Translations under genes and position numbers: made by a program
Shown: positions 45,347 to 54,019 of the stretch, one piece after another
Position numbering within the stretch: the stretch's first letter is position 1
Layout of the letters: each line of letters begins with the position of its first letter
Virus record (IMG/VR): IMGVR_UViG_3300025310_000213
Location: 1 to 54,019 of that record
Length of the DNA stretch: 54,019 bases
Direction: 5' to 3' (one strand)
Source: a virus
Taxonomy: Duplodnaviria > Caudoviricetes
The notes under the pieces: model-generated
The model's database searches: none
What the model saw: the letters and a program-made list of their open reading frames with translations, nothing else
Told to the model about the DNA's origin: nothing

Positions 45347-45951
45347 ATGGCAAAGTCCTCGATTTCACGACTCGAAAGGTCCGCACACGTGAGGCGCACG
45401 AAGGCACCTGCCACGAGTGCGGCTACACGTGGGCCGCACCACAAATCGGCGCCTGCCCGAAGTGCGGCAGCGATCACACCGAAGTCGGCAACCGAAAGCA
45501 TTTTGATTACGAGAGGGTGTGAGATGAACAGAGGTCGATTCATGGAGGCGTTTCGCCATGCGCTGGAAGCCGCCGTCGAAGTGGCACCTGTCGCAGATGG
45601 CAAGTTCGATGTGGTGCTGTGGGACGACAACAACACCGAAGTCACGATCCTCGGATCGTTCGACGAACGCGAGAACGCGGAACGTCTGCGTCAGGCGGTC
45701 ATCGACGCGGCGCTCAACACCTGGCGGAGAGCGGCGGCATGACCGTTTGGGTGCTTTGGCTCCACGACATGGTGCTCGGTATCTATCGAACGAAGGCACC
45801 AGCGATGACTCGGGCACATCGAGTCATGCGGCAGCGATATCCCGACGAGAAGTTCTTCGAACGGCCGCAATCGGGCGGCGGTGTGCGCTGGCACTCGCAT
45901 CGAATCTCGAGACTCGAAGTCGAACCGTTCGAGGTGCGGGAGGCGCCATGA
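45343..45951 (+). other. Three small ORFs (45343-45522 Zn-ribbon; 45524-45742; 45739-45951)
   Basis: Coupled starts and stops; CHECG...CPKCGS in the first. Confidence 0.55.
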
Positions 45952-46364
45952 CAGAAGCCAGCGTCACCCAGGATCTGCTCGCGGTCTTGCGCCCACGGTT
46001 CGGGAACCTTCGCGTGGTGAAGACGTCGGAGCGATTTACGAAGGGCATCCCCGACATCTACATTGCGTCGCCGCACACGTGGCTGGAGATCAAGCTGCTG
46101 AAGAAGGGCGACTCTCTGGGCTCGTGTTCGGACGCGCTTCAACGGCACACGATGCTCGACTACTTCGAAGCCACGGAAAGGCGCGCCTGGTATGTGGTCT
46201 ATGACGCGCGACAGCCCAAGAGGTGCGTGTGGATCTACGAGCCTGAAGAAGTGGACGCGGCGGCCAGGGGGATCGTCGAGAACAACCTGGTCCCGGTGCT
46301 GACCGCGTCCGGATTCAACCACCGTGAGGTTGCGGATTTCGTGATGCGGAGGGCGCGTGAATGA
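45948..46364 (+). CDS. VRR-NUC/PD-(D/E)xK nuclease (resolvase-like)
   Basis: KGIPDIY...WLEIK...LQ; start refined to ATG 45948. Confidence 0.8.
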   Translation: MTEASVTQDLLAVLRPRFGNLRVVKTSERFTKGIPDIYIASPHTWLEIKLLKKGDSLGSCSDALQRHTMLDYFEATERRAWYVVYDARQPKRCVWIYEPEEVDAAARGIVENNLVPVLTASGFNHREVADFVMRRARE

Positions 46365-46511
46365 GGGGTGGACGTGGCTGTTCAACAGGCCGGAAGTGGC
46401 ACTACTTCCGAGATGGACGATCGCTGTGTAAGCGGTTCATGTTGCTCGGGCGAGGGGAATTCGAATCGGGCAACGAGGCGTCACCCGATAACTGCGCGGC
46501 GTGCCGGCGGG

Positions 46512-46664
46512 TCAGGGCCGGCGAGCTGCTCGCTGCTTCCGCGGACGTCCACCCTTAGCGCCGTTGGCCCGAGCTGCGCGGACCTTCTTCGGGGTGGTGG
46601 CCTTACCGCCCACCAGGCCGCCCAAGCGGCCAAGAGCAACTGCGTGCGGATTCTTCTGGCTCAT
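46512..46664 (-). CDS. 50-aa basic DNA-binding-type peptide (absent from the ORF track)
   Basis: MSQKNPHAVALGRLGGLVGGKATTPKKVRAARANGAKGGRPRKQRAARRP with AT-hook-like GRPRK. Confidence 0.7.
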   Translation of the reverse strand: MSQKNPHAVALGRLGGLVGGKATTPKKVRAARANGAKGGRPRKQRAARRP

Positions 46665-46989
46665 GGTCTGTCTCTACGTTAACGCCCGAGTGTTCTTGTT
46701 GCAAGGGTTTGTCGTCGAACTGCGCAAGACACGCCGAACAGATGCCGTGCGACGCCGGCAGCGTGCCCGCTCGGAGGACGATCTTGCACCAGGCGCAAAT
46801 CACAGCCATCGTTTCCTCGCCCGCCAACTAGGCCGACTCGGGGGCCAACTCGAACACGAAGTCGGAAATCACCTCCAGGGTCTCGATCAGGCGCACCGCC
46901 GCTTCGAGCGACACCTTCACGTAGAACCCTGGCAAGTCGGGATACGCGCGACTGCGAATCTTCAATACGTAAACCATCGTTCCTCCACA

Positions 46990-47009
46990 AACCCTAACCG
47001 ATTTGGGTT
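46990..47009. promoter_or_regulatory. Operator-like palindrome copy 2
   Basis: AACCCTAA-CCGA-TTTGGGTT between divergent genes. Confidence 0.65.
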
Positions 47010-47082
47010 TCTACAACGGACACGACGATGGCTCTGCGCCCGGCGTTCAGTCAACCGTCACATCTGTAATCGGAGACCTCTC

Positions 47083-47295
47083 ATGAACGAAGCCCTGAAT
47101 GAACGCGCCGTGGCCCTGCGGCTAGGCGTGTCGCCCTTCACGTTGCGCACGTGGCGCCGGCTAGGCCGTGGACCGGCCTATATGAAATTCGGGAAGGCCG
47201 TTCGCTACAGGCCAGAAGACGTGGATGCGTGGATGCGCGCGATGCGCATCGAAAGAGTGCAGGACTGTGCTGCATCGACCTTGACTCCCCAATAG
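47083..47295 (+). CDS. Excisionase/AlpA-like HTH protein
   Basis: LNERAVALRLGVSPFTLRTWRRLGRGPAYMKFGKAVRYRPEDVDAW. Confidence 0.88.
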   Translation: MNEALNERAVALRLGVSPFTLRTWRRLGRGPAYMKFGKAVRYRPEDVDAWMRAMRIERVQDCAASTLTPQ

Positions 47296-47340
47296 CCCAG
47301 AGCCATCCTGTCATCACGCTAACCCATACCGCTTTGGGTT
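47281..47340 (+). promoter_or_regulatory. Sigma70-like promoter plus operator copy 3
   Basis: TTGACT-N17-CATCCT, then AACCCATA-CCGC-TTTGGGTT (47321-47340) before the SD of the gene at 47361. Confidence 0.65.
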
Positions 47341-47360
47341 GTAGGGAAGGGAGCAACGAG

Positions 47361-47564
47361 ATGACTTTGTTCGAACGGATTCAGGCGCACTTGGCGGAAG
47401 GCGGGAAGGTGCTGATCGCGACCTACACGAAGGCGACCCTCTACAGCCCGAAGCACGCCGCGATGTTCAAGGCGCCAACGAAGCCCACCGAGCAGGGTGT
47501 CTACGTTCAGCACGGTCGCCGCTGGGATTACGTGATCTCGGCGGAATACGTTCGCTTCGTATAG
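47361..47564 (+). CDS. Hypothetical early protein
   Basis: Strong SD, ATG at 47361. Confidence 0.6.
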   Translation: MTLFERIQAHLAEGGKVLIATYTKATLYSPKHAAMFKAPTKPTEQGVYVQHGRRWDYVISAEYVRFV

Positions 47565-47572
47565 GAGCCGAG

Positions 47573-48439
47573 ATGGCCACGATTCATACCGAGCGCAACT
47601 TCGAACCGAGCGACTACGTGGTCCTCGACTACCTCGATAACAAGCGGCCGGCCTATTGCGGCGGCCCGGTCGAGGGCTACATCGAGATCTGCCAACAGTG
47701 GGAAGCCGACATGGAACGCGCCCTCGGCTCCGATTGGCGCGCCAAGAGCCACCGTTGCGCGCATTGCGGCAACGGAATGGTCCGGTGGATCACCGCGGTT
47801 CTTCACAAGCCTTCGAACGAGCGAGTCGTCTTCGGCGCCGATTGCACCGAGCGGCTTGGCTTCGAGAACCACCAGGCGTTCAAGCTCGCCCTCCTGAAGA
47901 AGCGCGCGGCGGCCCACAAGGAAAGCCTGCGGATCTGGAACGCGCGCTGCGCCTTCATCGAGAAGCACCCCTCGATCGCGGCGGCCCTCACGGCGATCGA
48001 GGAACCGGTTCACGCGGCCAACGTTTTCGTGAAGGACGTTCTTCGGAAGCTCGATCGCTACGGGTCGCTGAGCGACAAGCAGGTGGCCGCGGTCGAGTCC
48101 TCCCTGGCCAGGGACGTTGAGCACGCCGCGAAGAAGGCCGCCGAAGCGGCCGAACCGAAGGGTGAGGCGCCCGAGGGGCGCACAGAAGTCACCGGCACGG
48201 TGTTGAGCGTTCAGTTCCGCGAGAGCGATTGGGGCGAGACCGCCAAGATGCTGGTCAAGCTCGAAAACAACAGCAAGGTGTGGGTCACGGTGCCGAGCGG
48301 CGCGCTTGGCACGGACGGCGGCCTGAAGGGCAAGACGATCACGGTTCGCGCCACGTTCGAACGGTCGCGCGACGACAAGAGCTTCGCGTTCGGCAAGCGG
48401 CCCACGTTGGTGGGAATCAAAGAGGAGGCGGCGGCATGA
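47573..48439 (+). CDS. Early protein with CxxC...GxxC Zn motif and OB-fold-like C-terminus
   Basis: CAHCG...FGADC; GSLSDKQ; C-terminal beta strands ending FGKRP. Confidence 0.65.
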   Translation: MATIHTERNFEPSDYVVLDYLDNKRPAYCGGPVEGYIEICQQWEADMERALGSDWRAKSHRCAHCGNGMVRWITAVLHKPSNERVVFGADCTERLGFENHQAFKLALLKKRAAAHKESLRIWNARCAFIEKHPSIAAALTAIEEPVHAANVFVKDVLRKLDRYGSLSDKQVAAVESSLARDVEHAAKKAAEAAEPKGEAPEGRTEVTGTVLSVQFRESDWGETAKMLVKLENNSKVWVTVPSGALGTDGGLKGKTITVRATFERSRDDKSFAFGKRPTLVGIKEEAAA

Positions 48440-48860
48440 ACGACGCCTTCTGGAAAGACCCGGCCGGCCTCACCCACCGGGTGACGATCGTCGCCCGCGG
48501 AACCCGCACGGCCACCATCGAGTATTGGGACAACTCGCATCGCGGCGATCGGTTCAAGGTCGGCCGCCGCTACAACCACGGCACACGCAAGCGGGTCGTG
48601 GTTTACCTGAAGGAATTGCGGGAGGCGTGATGGTCAAGCCGACCCGCGACGAACTTCGCACCGAACTAACCAACGCCTATCCGGGCACCACAGTCATCAC
48701 GCGCGATCGCGGAATGGTGATCTGGTGCCACCGCGATCACGGCAAGGCGATCGCCAGCCTCGTGCAGCGGCACGGCCTTGACGTCACCGAGAACCTGAAC
48801 GACGAGCCAACCTACACCCGGATCGTGGTGTTCGGGTTTCCACGGAGGAAGAAGAACTAA
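48436..48860 (+). other. Two small coupled ORFs (48436-48630; 48630-48860)
   Basis: ATGA/TGATG overlaps. Confidence 0.5.
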
Positions 48861-49636
48861 TGGAACGCGACAAGGCACTCAACAAGGCCGCGAAGCTCAA
48901 AGCCATGATGGAGTCCGCGGCGCAGGTTGGCAACGAGAAGGAGGCCGAGGCGTTTGCCGGCATGGTGAACCGCCTGATGCTTCGGCACGAGTTGTCCGAA
49001 GCGGAGATCAACTCGGTATCGACCGAGGAACCGATCGAGGAAGTTGAAGTCGATCGGAACGTTCACGGCCTCGGGATCAAACGATCGCGCGTCGCCTGGA
49101 CCGAGTTGCTCGCCGCGATCGTCGCCGAGGCGCACCTATGCCGGAACCTCGTGATGCCCGGCACCAATCGCGTCTGGTTCGTTGGCACGAAGCGCCACGC
49201 GGACGTGGCCGCCTACATGTATGGAACGATGGCTCGCCTGCTCGACCGGATGGCGACCTCGGCCTACAACAGGTATTGCAAACGGGTTTACGAGCGCGAC
49301 GGTTCGATGCGCGCAGCCAGGGGTTATCGCCAATCGTTCATCGTCGGGTTCCTTGGCCGGCTGAAGCAGCGATACGACGACGAACGCAAAGGCGCCGTCC
49401 ACGAAGCACCGCAAGGCGAATCCCTAGCCGTGATCCGGTTGTCGGGCGTTCTGACCCGCGTCGACGAATTCATGAAGGGGAAGAAGGAACTCCCCGGCAC
49501 GAACTTTCGGCGCGACCAGAAGCACGTGGCGGGCTACCGGGAAGGGATCAAGGCGGCCGACGCCCTAAAACTTCAGGCCAACGCCATCGAATCCCAGGGC
49601 GGCCACAAAGCTCTCACGGAAGGCGCCAATGCCTAG
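48860..49636 (+). CDS. DUF2786-family protein
   Basis: K..KL.AM.ESA...EAEAF....RLMLRH.L; YRQSFIVGF; GYREG. Confidence 0.75.
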   Translation: MERDKALNKAAKLKAMMESAAQVGNEKEAEAFAGMVNRLMLRHELSEAEINSVSTEEPIEEVEVDRNVHGLGIKRSRVAWTELLAAIVAEAHLCRNLVMPGTNRVWFVGTKRHADVAAYMYGTMARLLDRMATSAYNRYCKRVYERDGSMRAARGYRQSFIVGFLGRLKQRYDDERKGAVHEAPQGESLAVIRLSGVLTRVDEFMKGKKELPGTNFRRDQKHVAGYREGIKAADALKLQANAIESQGGHKALTEGANA

Positions 49637-50102
49637 CCTTCTCGTGCGCTCAGTGCTGGGTGATTCACGATCCGCCGACATTCGGCCGGGCGACGGCTTC
49701 CCCTGGTTCAACTGCCCTTTCTGCGGCTATGCCGTTTTCGTCAACGAGCCCCACCCGGAACACGCGGCGCTTGGCAACGCGTCGCGCGACGGAATCTGCC
49801 AGACCCCCTGGTGCCTTGCCAACCCGGCGATGCCGCTTGACGCGGCGCGTGTGGCCCGCGGCGAGGCCATTCTGCGGGACATGAAGGACGAAGAGCGTGC
49901 AAGGAATCATCGCCTGGCGATGCAACGAATTGAATCGGACCGCAAGGAAGCCGAACTCCAGCGACAGAAAACTGTCGCTGAGGCGAAGCGCCGTGGCGCG
50001 TGTTTGGCGTGCCTATTCGGACCTGGTGGCCGGCCGAAGTTTGTCAGGCATCGCGGGCCTTGCCCAAAGAGCATCAGAAAGAGTGCTGACCTGTGCAGGT
50101 AG
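49629..50102 (+). CDS. Cys-rich hypothetical protein
   Basis: CPFCG, C..PWC and CLAC motifs. Confidence 0.55.
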   Translation: MPSLLVRSVLGDSRSADIRPGDGFPWFNCPFCGYAVFVNEPHPEHAALGNASRDGICQTPWCLANPAMPLDAARVARGEAILRDMKDEERARNHRLAMQRIESDRKEAELQRQKTVAEAKRRGACLACLFGPGGRPKFVRHRGPCPKSIRKSADLCR

Positions 50103-50105
50103 GAG

Positions 50106-50162
50106 TTGACTCCCGCCTTGGCCGATTGCATCATCGCCGTGTAACCCAAATCGCTTTGGGTT
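50106..50162 (+). promoter_or_regulatory. Sigma70-like promoter plus operator copy 4
   Basis: TTGACT-N17-CATCAT, then perfect AACCCAAA-TCGC-TTTGGGTT (50143-50162) before TAAGGAGGT. Confidence 0.7.
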
Positions 50163-50179
50163 TTCTAAGGAGGTTCCGA

Positions 50180-51879
50180 ATGGCCAAGCGCAGACTCACC
50201 CCGGAGCAGATTGCGGCGAACGCGCGGATCGAATCCGCACGCGCGGAAACGCGGCGCGTTGTTGCCACTGGCAAGTGCCCGCAGTGCGGCGCCGGCCTTC
50301 GGCGGAACCTTTCGCTGACCGGTTGGTGGCAGTGCGAACAGTTGGGCGCCGAAGGCTTCCGCAAGGACGCGACGAAGCCTTCCTGCTCTTGGCAAGGATT
50401 CACGGAGTAAGGGAGCCAACGATGAACGCAAACAAGATGGTCGAAGCCCTCGAAGCCGAAATCGCCAACCTCACGCGCCTCTACCAGAGCGAGATCGAAC
50501 GCGGCCAGCGCATGTTGCAGGAAGGCTTGGACCGTTCGAACCAATCGAGGCCTCGGTTCGCAAGTTCGTGGCGGGCGACGACGTTCCGCCGCCTTTCGGG
50601 TGCCACCCGTTTCAACCGGAACTCATAGCGAGGTTCTGATGCCTGGACACGTCACGTTCAACGTTGCCCCGCGCTATACCCCCGGTTCGCCGGCCCAGGT
50701 CGACGAGCGGATCGCCCGACGCGTCGCCGAAGAGGAAAAGGTCGGCTACGGCCGATCGTTGGCTGGCGTCTACGGTCAGAAGGAACTCTGGCGCGCCGAA
50801 CTATTCGGCAACGCCGGCATCGTCGAAGCCCGGTGGGAACAGGTGCGGCCGAGCGGGTGGCTCGTGCAGGACTTGCTCACCGGCGAAATGTTCTTCCGCT
50901 ACGCGACGCGGGACCCGAAGGGTCCTACTGTGGCCCAGCGCACGAAGGCGCGCCAGTTGGTCGCCGCGTGGCAAAGCCGAACCCTGGTCGATTGGACCGA
51001 ATCCCGAGAGGCAACCGTATGAGTCACTGCAGCGACTATTTCGGCATCTACGATCGGCACCGCGGCCCGTTCACGTTGGTCCTCTCCCGCGAGGAAACAA
51101 AAAAGGTGAAGGGCGAGGACACGGTCGTGTTGAAAAAGGACCGCGAGCGCGGCCCGTTCAGCGCGGAGGACGCGCACGAAACCGCCCGCATGCTGGTCAG
51201 CGACCCGCGCGACAACGTCAGCGACGTGTTCGTCTACAGCGAAAGCGAGTGTCAGTTTATCGGTGCGGCTTATCACAAAGGCCAGGTGATTCCCTCTTGG
51301 GACGAGCAGTCGAGCGTGCGACTTGCCGCCGAAGCCGCGCCGAACATCGGACCGGACGACCAACTGCGCTCGACTCGCATCATGGTCGAGAGCGCGAAGT
51401 TTGCCGCCGAAGAAGCCGCGCCGAAGCCGCGACGCGAACCGAAAACCCGAAAAGCGCACCCATAAGACGGTGCAACCCGAGTCTGCACCCTCAAACGGGT
51501 GCAGGCGCACGCGCGGCGCCCGCCTGGTGATCGGCAAGACGGACGGATGGCCGAAGTCGCAAGGCGCGCAGATCGTTCGCCAGTTCTTCCAACACCCGGA
51601 TCGCCGCGCCTCGACGCAAGAGATCGTCAGCGCCATTGGCGACCAACTCATGGCCGCGGGCATCGAATTTCCCGGCAGCCTGGTGAGCCGTTTGAAACAG
51701 GCTGGGTTTCTCACGGAGGCCGCATGAAGGAAGACCCGAACGCGAAGCCGACGAGCGTGGAAGAAGTTTTGAAACGTATCCAGGCACTCGCCGAGAACGC
51801 GCACTGGACGTCTGACCGCCGTTGGCGGATCGCCGAACTCGCCGCGCAGGGCCTCGAACTCGTGCGAAAGCAGGCTTGA
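50180..51879 (+). other. Early ORFs: 50180-50410 (Zn-ribbon), 50422-50628, 50639-51022, 51019-51465, ~51470-51727, 51724-51879
   Basis: SD sequences and coupling leading into the integrase. Confidence 0.55.
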
Positions 51880-51880
51880 C

Positions 51881-53146
51881 ATGGCCCTTTGGAAACGCGG
51901 CAAACGTTACTGGACTCGGTTCGCCGTGCATGGGCAGATGTTCCATAAGCCGCTCCGGCCACCGGGGAGCAACCGCGCGACGACCGACCGGCGAGAGGCC
52001 ATCGGGCTTGAGAAGCTGATGATCGAGGACGCTCTCAACGGCCGCGTGTTTCAGAAGAACGGACCGACGCGGCTCTTTGCCGCGTGCGACGCCTACCTGG
52101 AGGCGAAGCGCGCGACTGCCAACAGGCCGCGCACGGTGGAATTTGATGAGAAGCACCTGGAACAGGTGAAACGAATCCTGGGTGACATCCCGCTCGTCAC
52201 CATCACACGCGAAACGATCGAAGGCTTTCAGGCGAAGCGAAAACTCGGCGGGGTGAGCAACCGCACGATCAACATGGACGTCGGCGTCCTACGTCAGGTC
52301 CTGAAACGCTACAAGCTCTGGAAGCGGCTCGAAGACGACGTGAAGATGCTCACCGAGTCCGGCGGCGAGCCGGTTGGCCGAGCCCTGACCAACGAGGAAG
52401 AAGAGCGGCTCATGAAAACCGCTCAGAGCAACCCCGAATGGGAACACGTCTGGTGCGCCGCGCAATTGGCGGCCAATACCTCGCTCCGCGGAGTCGAAGT
52501 AAAGAACCTGCGCCGGAAGGACGTCGATATCGACAAGGGCGAGATCCACATCCGCAAGAGCAAAAACGAGACGAGCCTCCGCGTGATTCCGCTGAACGGG
52601 CCGGCGCTTGAGGCGGTGCTGCGCATGGTGATGAAGGCCGACGCCCTTGGCCACAAGGAGCCAGAACACTACCTCTGGTGTGGCACGCGGATGGAAAAAG
52701 TCGAGGACCGGAAAGGTCGCACGCGCGTTCGAACGCAACGAATGCGCGTGCTCGATCCGACCACACCGGCGAAGAAGTGGGACACCGCCTGGCACGCGCT
52801 ACGCGATGCGGCCGGCCTGCCAGGGTTCCGGTTCCACGATTTACGCCATACCGTCGTCACCCGTCTGCTCGAAGCGGGCGAACCCGACCACGTCGTCGAG
52901 TCGATCACCGGGCACCTCTCAAAGCGGATGCTGCAGCACTACTCGCATATTCGGATGGCCGCGAAGAAGGCGGCGCTCGAACGGCTCGACGCGGCGCGAA
53001 AAGCCGGCGCAACGAATGTGGAATCGCTCGAAGCGCGCGTGCAACGCATCGCTGAGCAATTGGAGCGAGCATCGAAGAATCAATCGCTAGACCATCCCAC
53101 CGAAACCGGAACGGCCAACGCCGCTCTCAGGATAGTGAACAACTAA
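51881..53146 (+). CDS. int: Tyrosine recombinase/integrase
   Basis: N-terminal arm-binding-like WKRGKRYW; catalytic R (SLRGVE), K (KSKN), HDLRH, GH and Y (HYSH) all present. Confidence 0.96.
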   Translation: MALWKRGKRYWTRFAVHGQMFHKPLRPPGSNRATTDRREAIGLEKLMIEDALNGRVFQKNGPTRLFAACDAYLEAKRATANRPRTVEFDEKHLEQVKRILGDIPLVTITRETIEGFQAKRKLGGVSNRTINMDVGVLRQVLKRYKLWKRLEDDVKMLTESGGEPVGRALTNEEEERLMKTAQSNPEWEHVWCAAQLAANTSLRGVEVKNLRRKDVDIDKGEIHIRKSKNETSLRVIPLNGPALEAVLRMVMKADALGHKEPEHYLWCGTRMEKVEDRKGRTRVRTQRMRVLDPTTPAKKWDTAWHALRDAAGLPGFRFHDLRHTVVTRLLEAGEPDHVVESITGHLSKRMLQHYSHIRMAAKKAALERLDAARKAGATNVESLEARVQRIAEQLERASKNQSLDHPTETGTANAALRIVNN

Positions 53147-53160
53147 CAAGGAGGCATCTG

Positions 53161-53580
53161 ATGGGTCACGTTTACACGATGAAGAAGAACGCAGTCCGAG
53201 CTGCGAAGAAGGCCGGCCTCGATGCCAGCGCGGTTTACAAGACGGTCGGCGGCTACGCCGTTGGCCACGCGCCGGCCGCCGCTCACGACTACACCAGTGC
53301 GGTCCTCAAAGCCACAACGCCGAAGAAGGCCAAGCCGAAGGCCGCTGCGAAGGCGTCTCGCGACTACCCGCGGGAAGGCACGAAGAACCACAAGCTGCTC
53401 GACATGCTGACTCGCGACGGTGGCGCCGCGGCGGCCCAATTGGAAGCCGCTCTCGGCTGGAAGCAGCCCACGATCCGCACCGCGATCCAGCGGGTCACGA
53501 AGCAATACGGCCTTTCCTGGCGCCACGTGAAGGGCGAAGACGGCGCCAAGTCCCGCTGGGAAGCGAGCCGGGCGGTGTAG
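53161..53580 (+). CDS. DUF3489-like protein
   Basis: PREGTKNHKLLDMLTRDGGA....L..ALGWKQPTIR.AI. Confidence 0.8.
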   Translation: MGHVYTMKKNAVRAAKKAGLDASAVYKTVGGYAVGHAPAAAHDYTSAVLKATTPKKAKPKAAAKASRDYPREGTKNHKLLDMLTRDGGAAAAQLEAALGWKQPTIRTAIQRVTKQYGLSWRHVKGEDGAKSRWEASRAV

Positions 53581-53621
53581 CAAATCGCCAGAATTGGACT
53601 ATTCCGTTTCGCACACGTTAC

Positions 53622-53660
53622 GGCTAGGCCGGATCGAGCAGATCCGGTCTGTGCCTTTTT
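53622..53660 (+). terminator. Intrinsic terminator
   Basis: AGGCCGGATC-gagca-GATCCGGTCT stem, extended GGC/GCC, then TTTTT. Confidence 0.7.
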
Positions 53661-53689
53661 CGTGTCCCTAACGGGGTCAGCCTGAAAGA

Positions 53690-54019
53690 TCAGTCGGACA
53701 GATCGTAGAAGACCACACCCGAGTCGTCGGTATCCACGCTAAGCTCAAAGCCGTCCTTCAATCCGTTCTTCCGGATTCGATCGGCGAATGCGTTGAACAC
53801 CACTTGCGACTTTTCCTGGTCGTTCTCGCCAGGAAGACGATCGTAGGCTTCGGCGACGAACCGCAACCTGCCGCGGATCGGCTTTGCGCCTGATGCATGC
53901 TTGACTTCGAGATACGCATTGAAGGCGTGGTGGGTCGGCTCACGGCGGAATTCCTCCTGCTCGACCGCACCCTCGGTTCCGTCGTTCCAGCGGATCGGTC
54001 CCGCGATGGTGAGTGGCAT
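53690..54019 (-). CDS. Hypothetical protein (phage or flanking)
   Basis: 109-aa ORF convergent with the integrase operon. Confidence 0.55.
   Translation of the reverse strand: MPLTIAGPIRWNDGTEGAVEQEEFRREPTHHAFNAYLEVKHASGAKPIRGRLRFVAEAYDRLPGENDQEKSQVVFNAFADRIRKNGLKDGFELSVDTDDSGVVFYDLSD

Larger units (their letters stand above)
1068..53660. mobile_element. Temperate siphovirus-like prophage; right boundary not located
   Basis: Head, tail, lysis and replication modules plus a tyrosine integrase; left end at a tRNA fragment. Confidence 0.93.

Noticed and set aside
53581-53690. Right att site directly after the integrase operon
   Set aside because: No copy of the tRNA fragment or TTGCTAA core seen here, only a terminator; the boundary is probably beyond the window.

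Overview
Almost the whole window (about 1068-53660) is a temperate, HK97-fold, long-tailed (siphovirus-like) prophage with no obvious gap in its core modules. A leftward late operon covers terminase, portal, protease, capsid, head-tail, tail with a -1 frameshifted chaperone, tape measure, tail-tip proteins, lysozyme and accessory genes. Next come an ~840 bp non-coding region (probable cos/late control and iteron-like origin) and a leftward replication operon (DNA methyltransferase, Gp88-like, DnaQ exonuclease, SNF2 helicase, HD nucleotidase, SSB-like, primase-helicase). A rightward operon carries a dNMP kinase, family A DNA polymerase, VRR-NUC, Xis-like HTH, early genes and a tyrosine integrase. 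The left junction is the 5' HALF of a tRNA-Ser(GCT), broken exactly after the anticodon loop. Beyond it lies what looks like a second island (BrnT/CopG-type toxin-antitoxin, truncated Vsr). The right att site was not found in the window. The most unusual observations are: (i) 23 phage proteins end in Ala-Ala, a ClpX-type degron; (ii) a perfect 19-bp inverted copy of the att-proximal repeat lies 26.5 kb away, bracketing the whole late module; (iii) a 20-bp palindromic operator recurs four times, twice paired with near-identical promoters, in a phage with no recognisable CI; (iv) an unannotated 38-aa cationic amphipathic peptide lies in a lysis region with no clear spanins; (v) a tail-fibre-like protein has a Sec-type signal peptide; (vi) an Ig-like domain is split by an in-frame TAG. 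All family calls come from visual motif recognition and gene order, not database searches.
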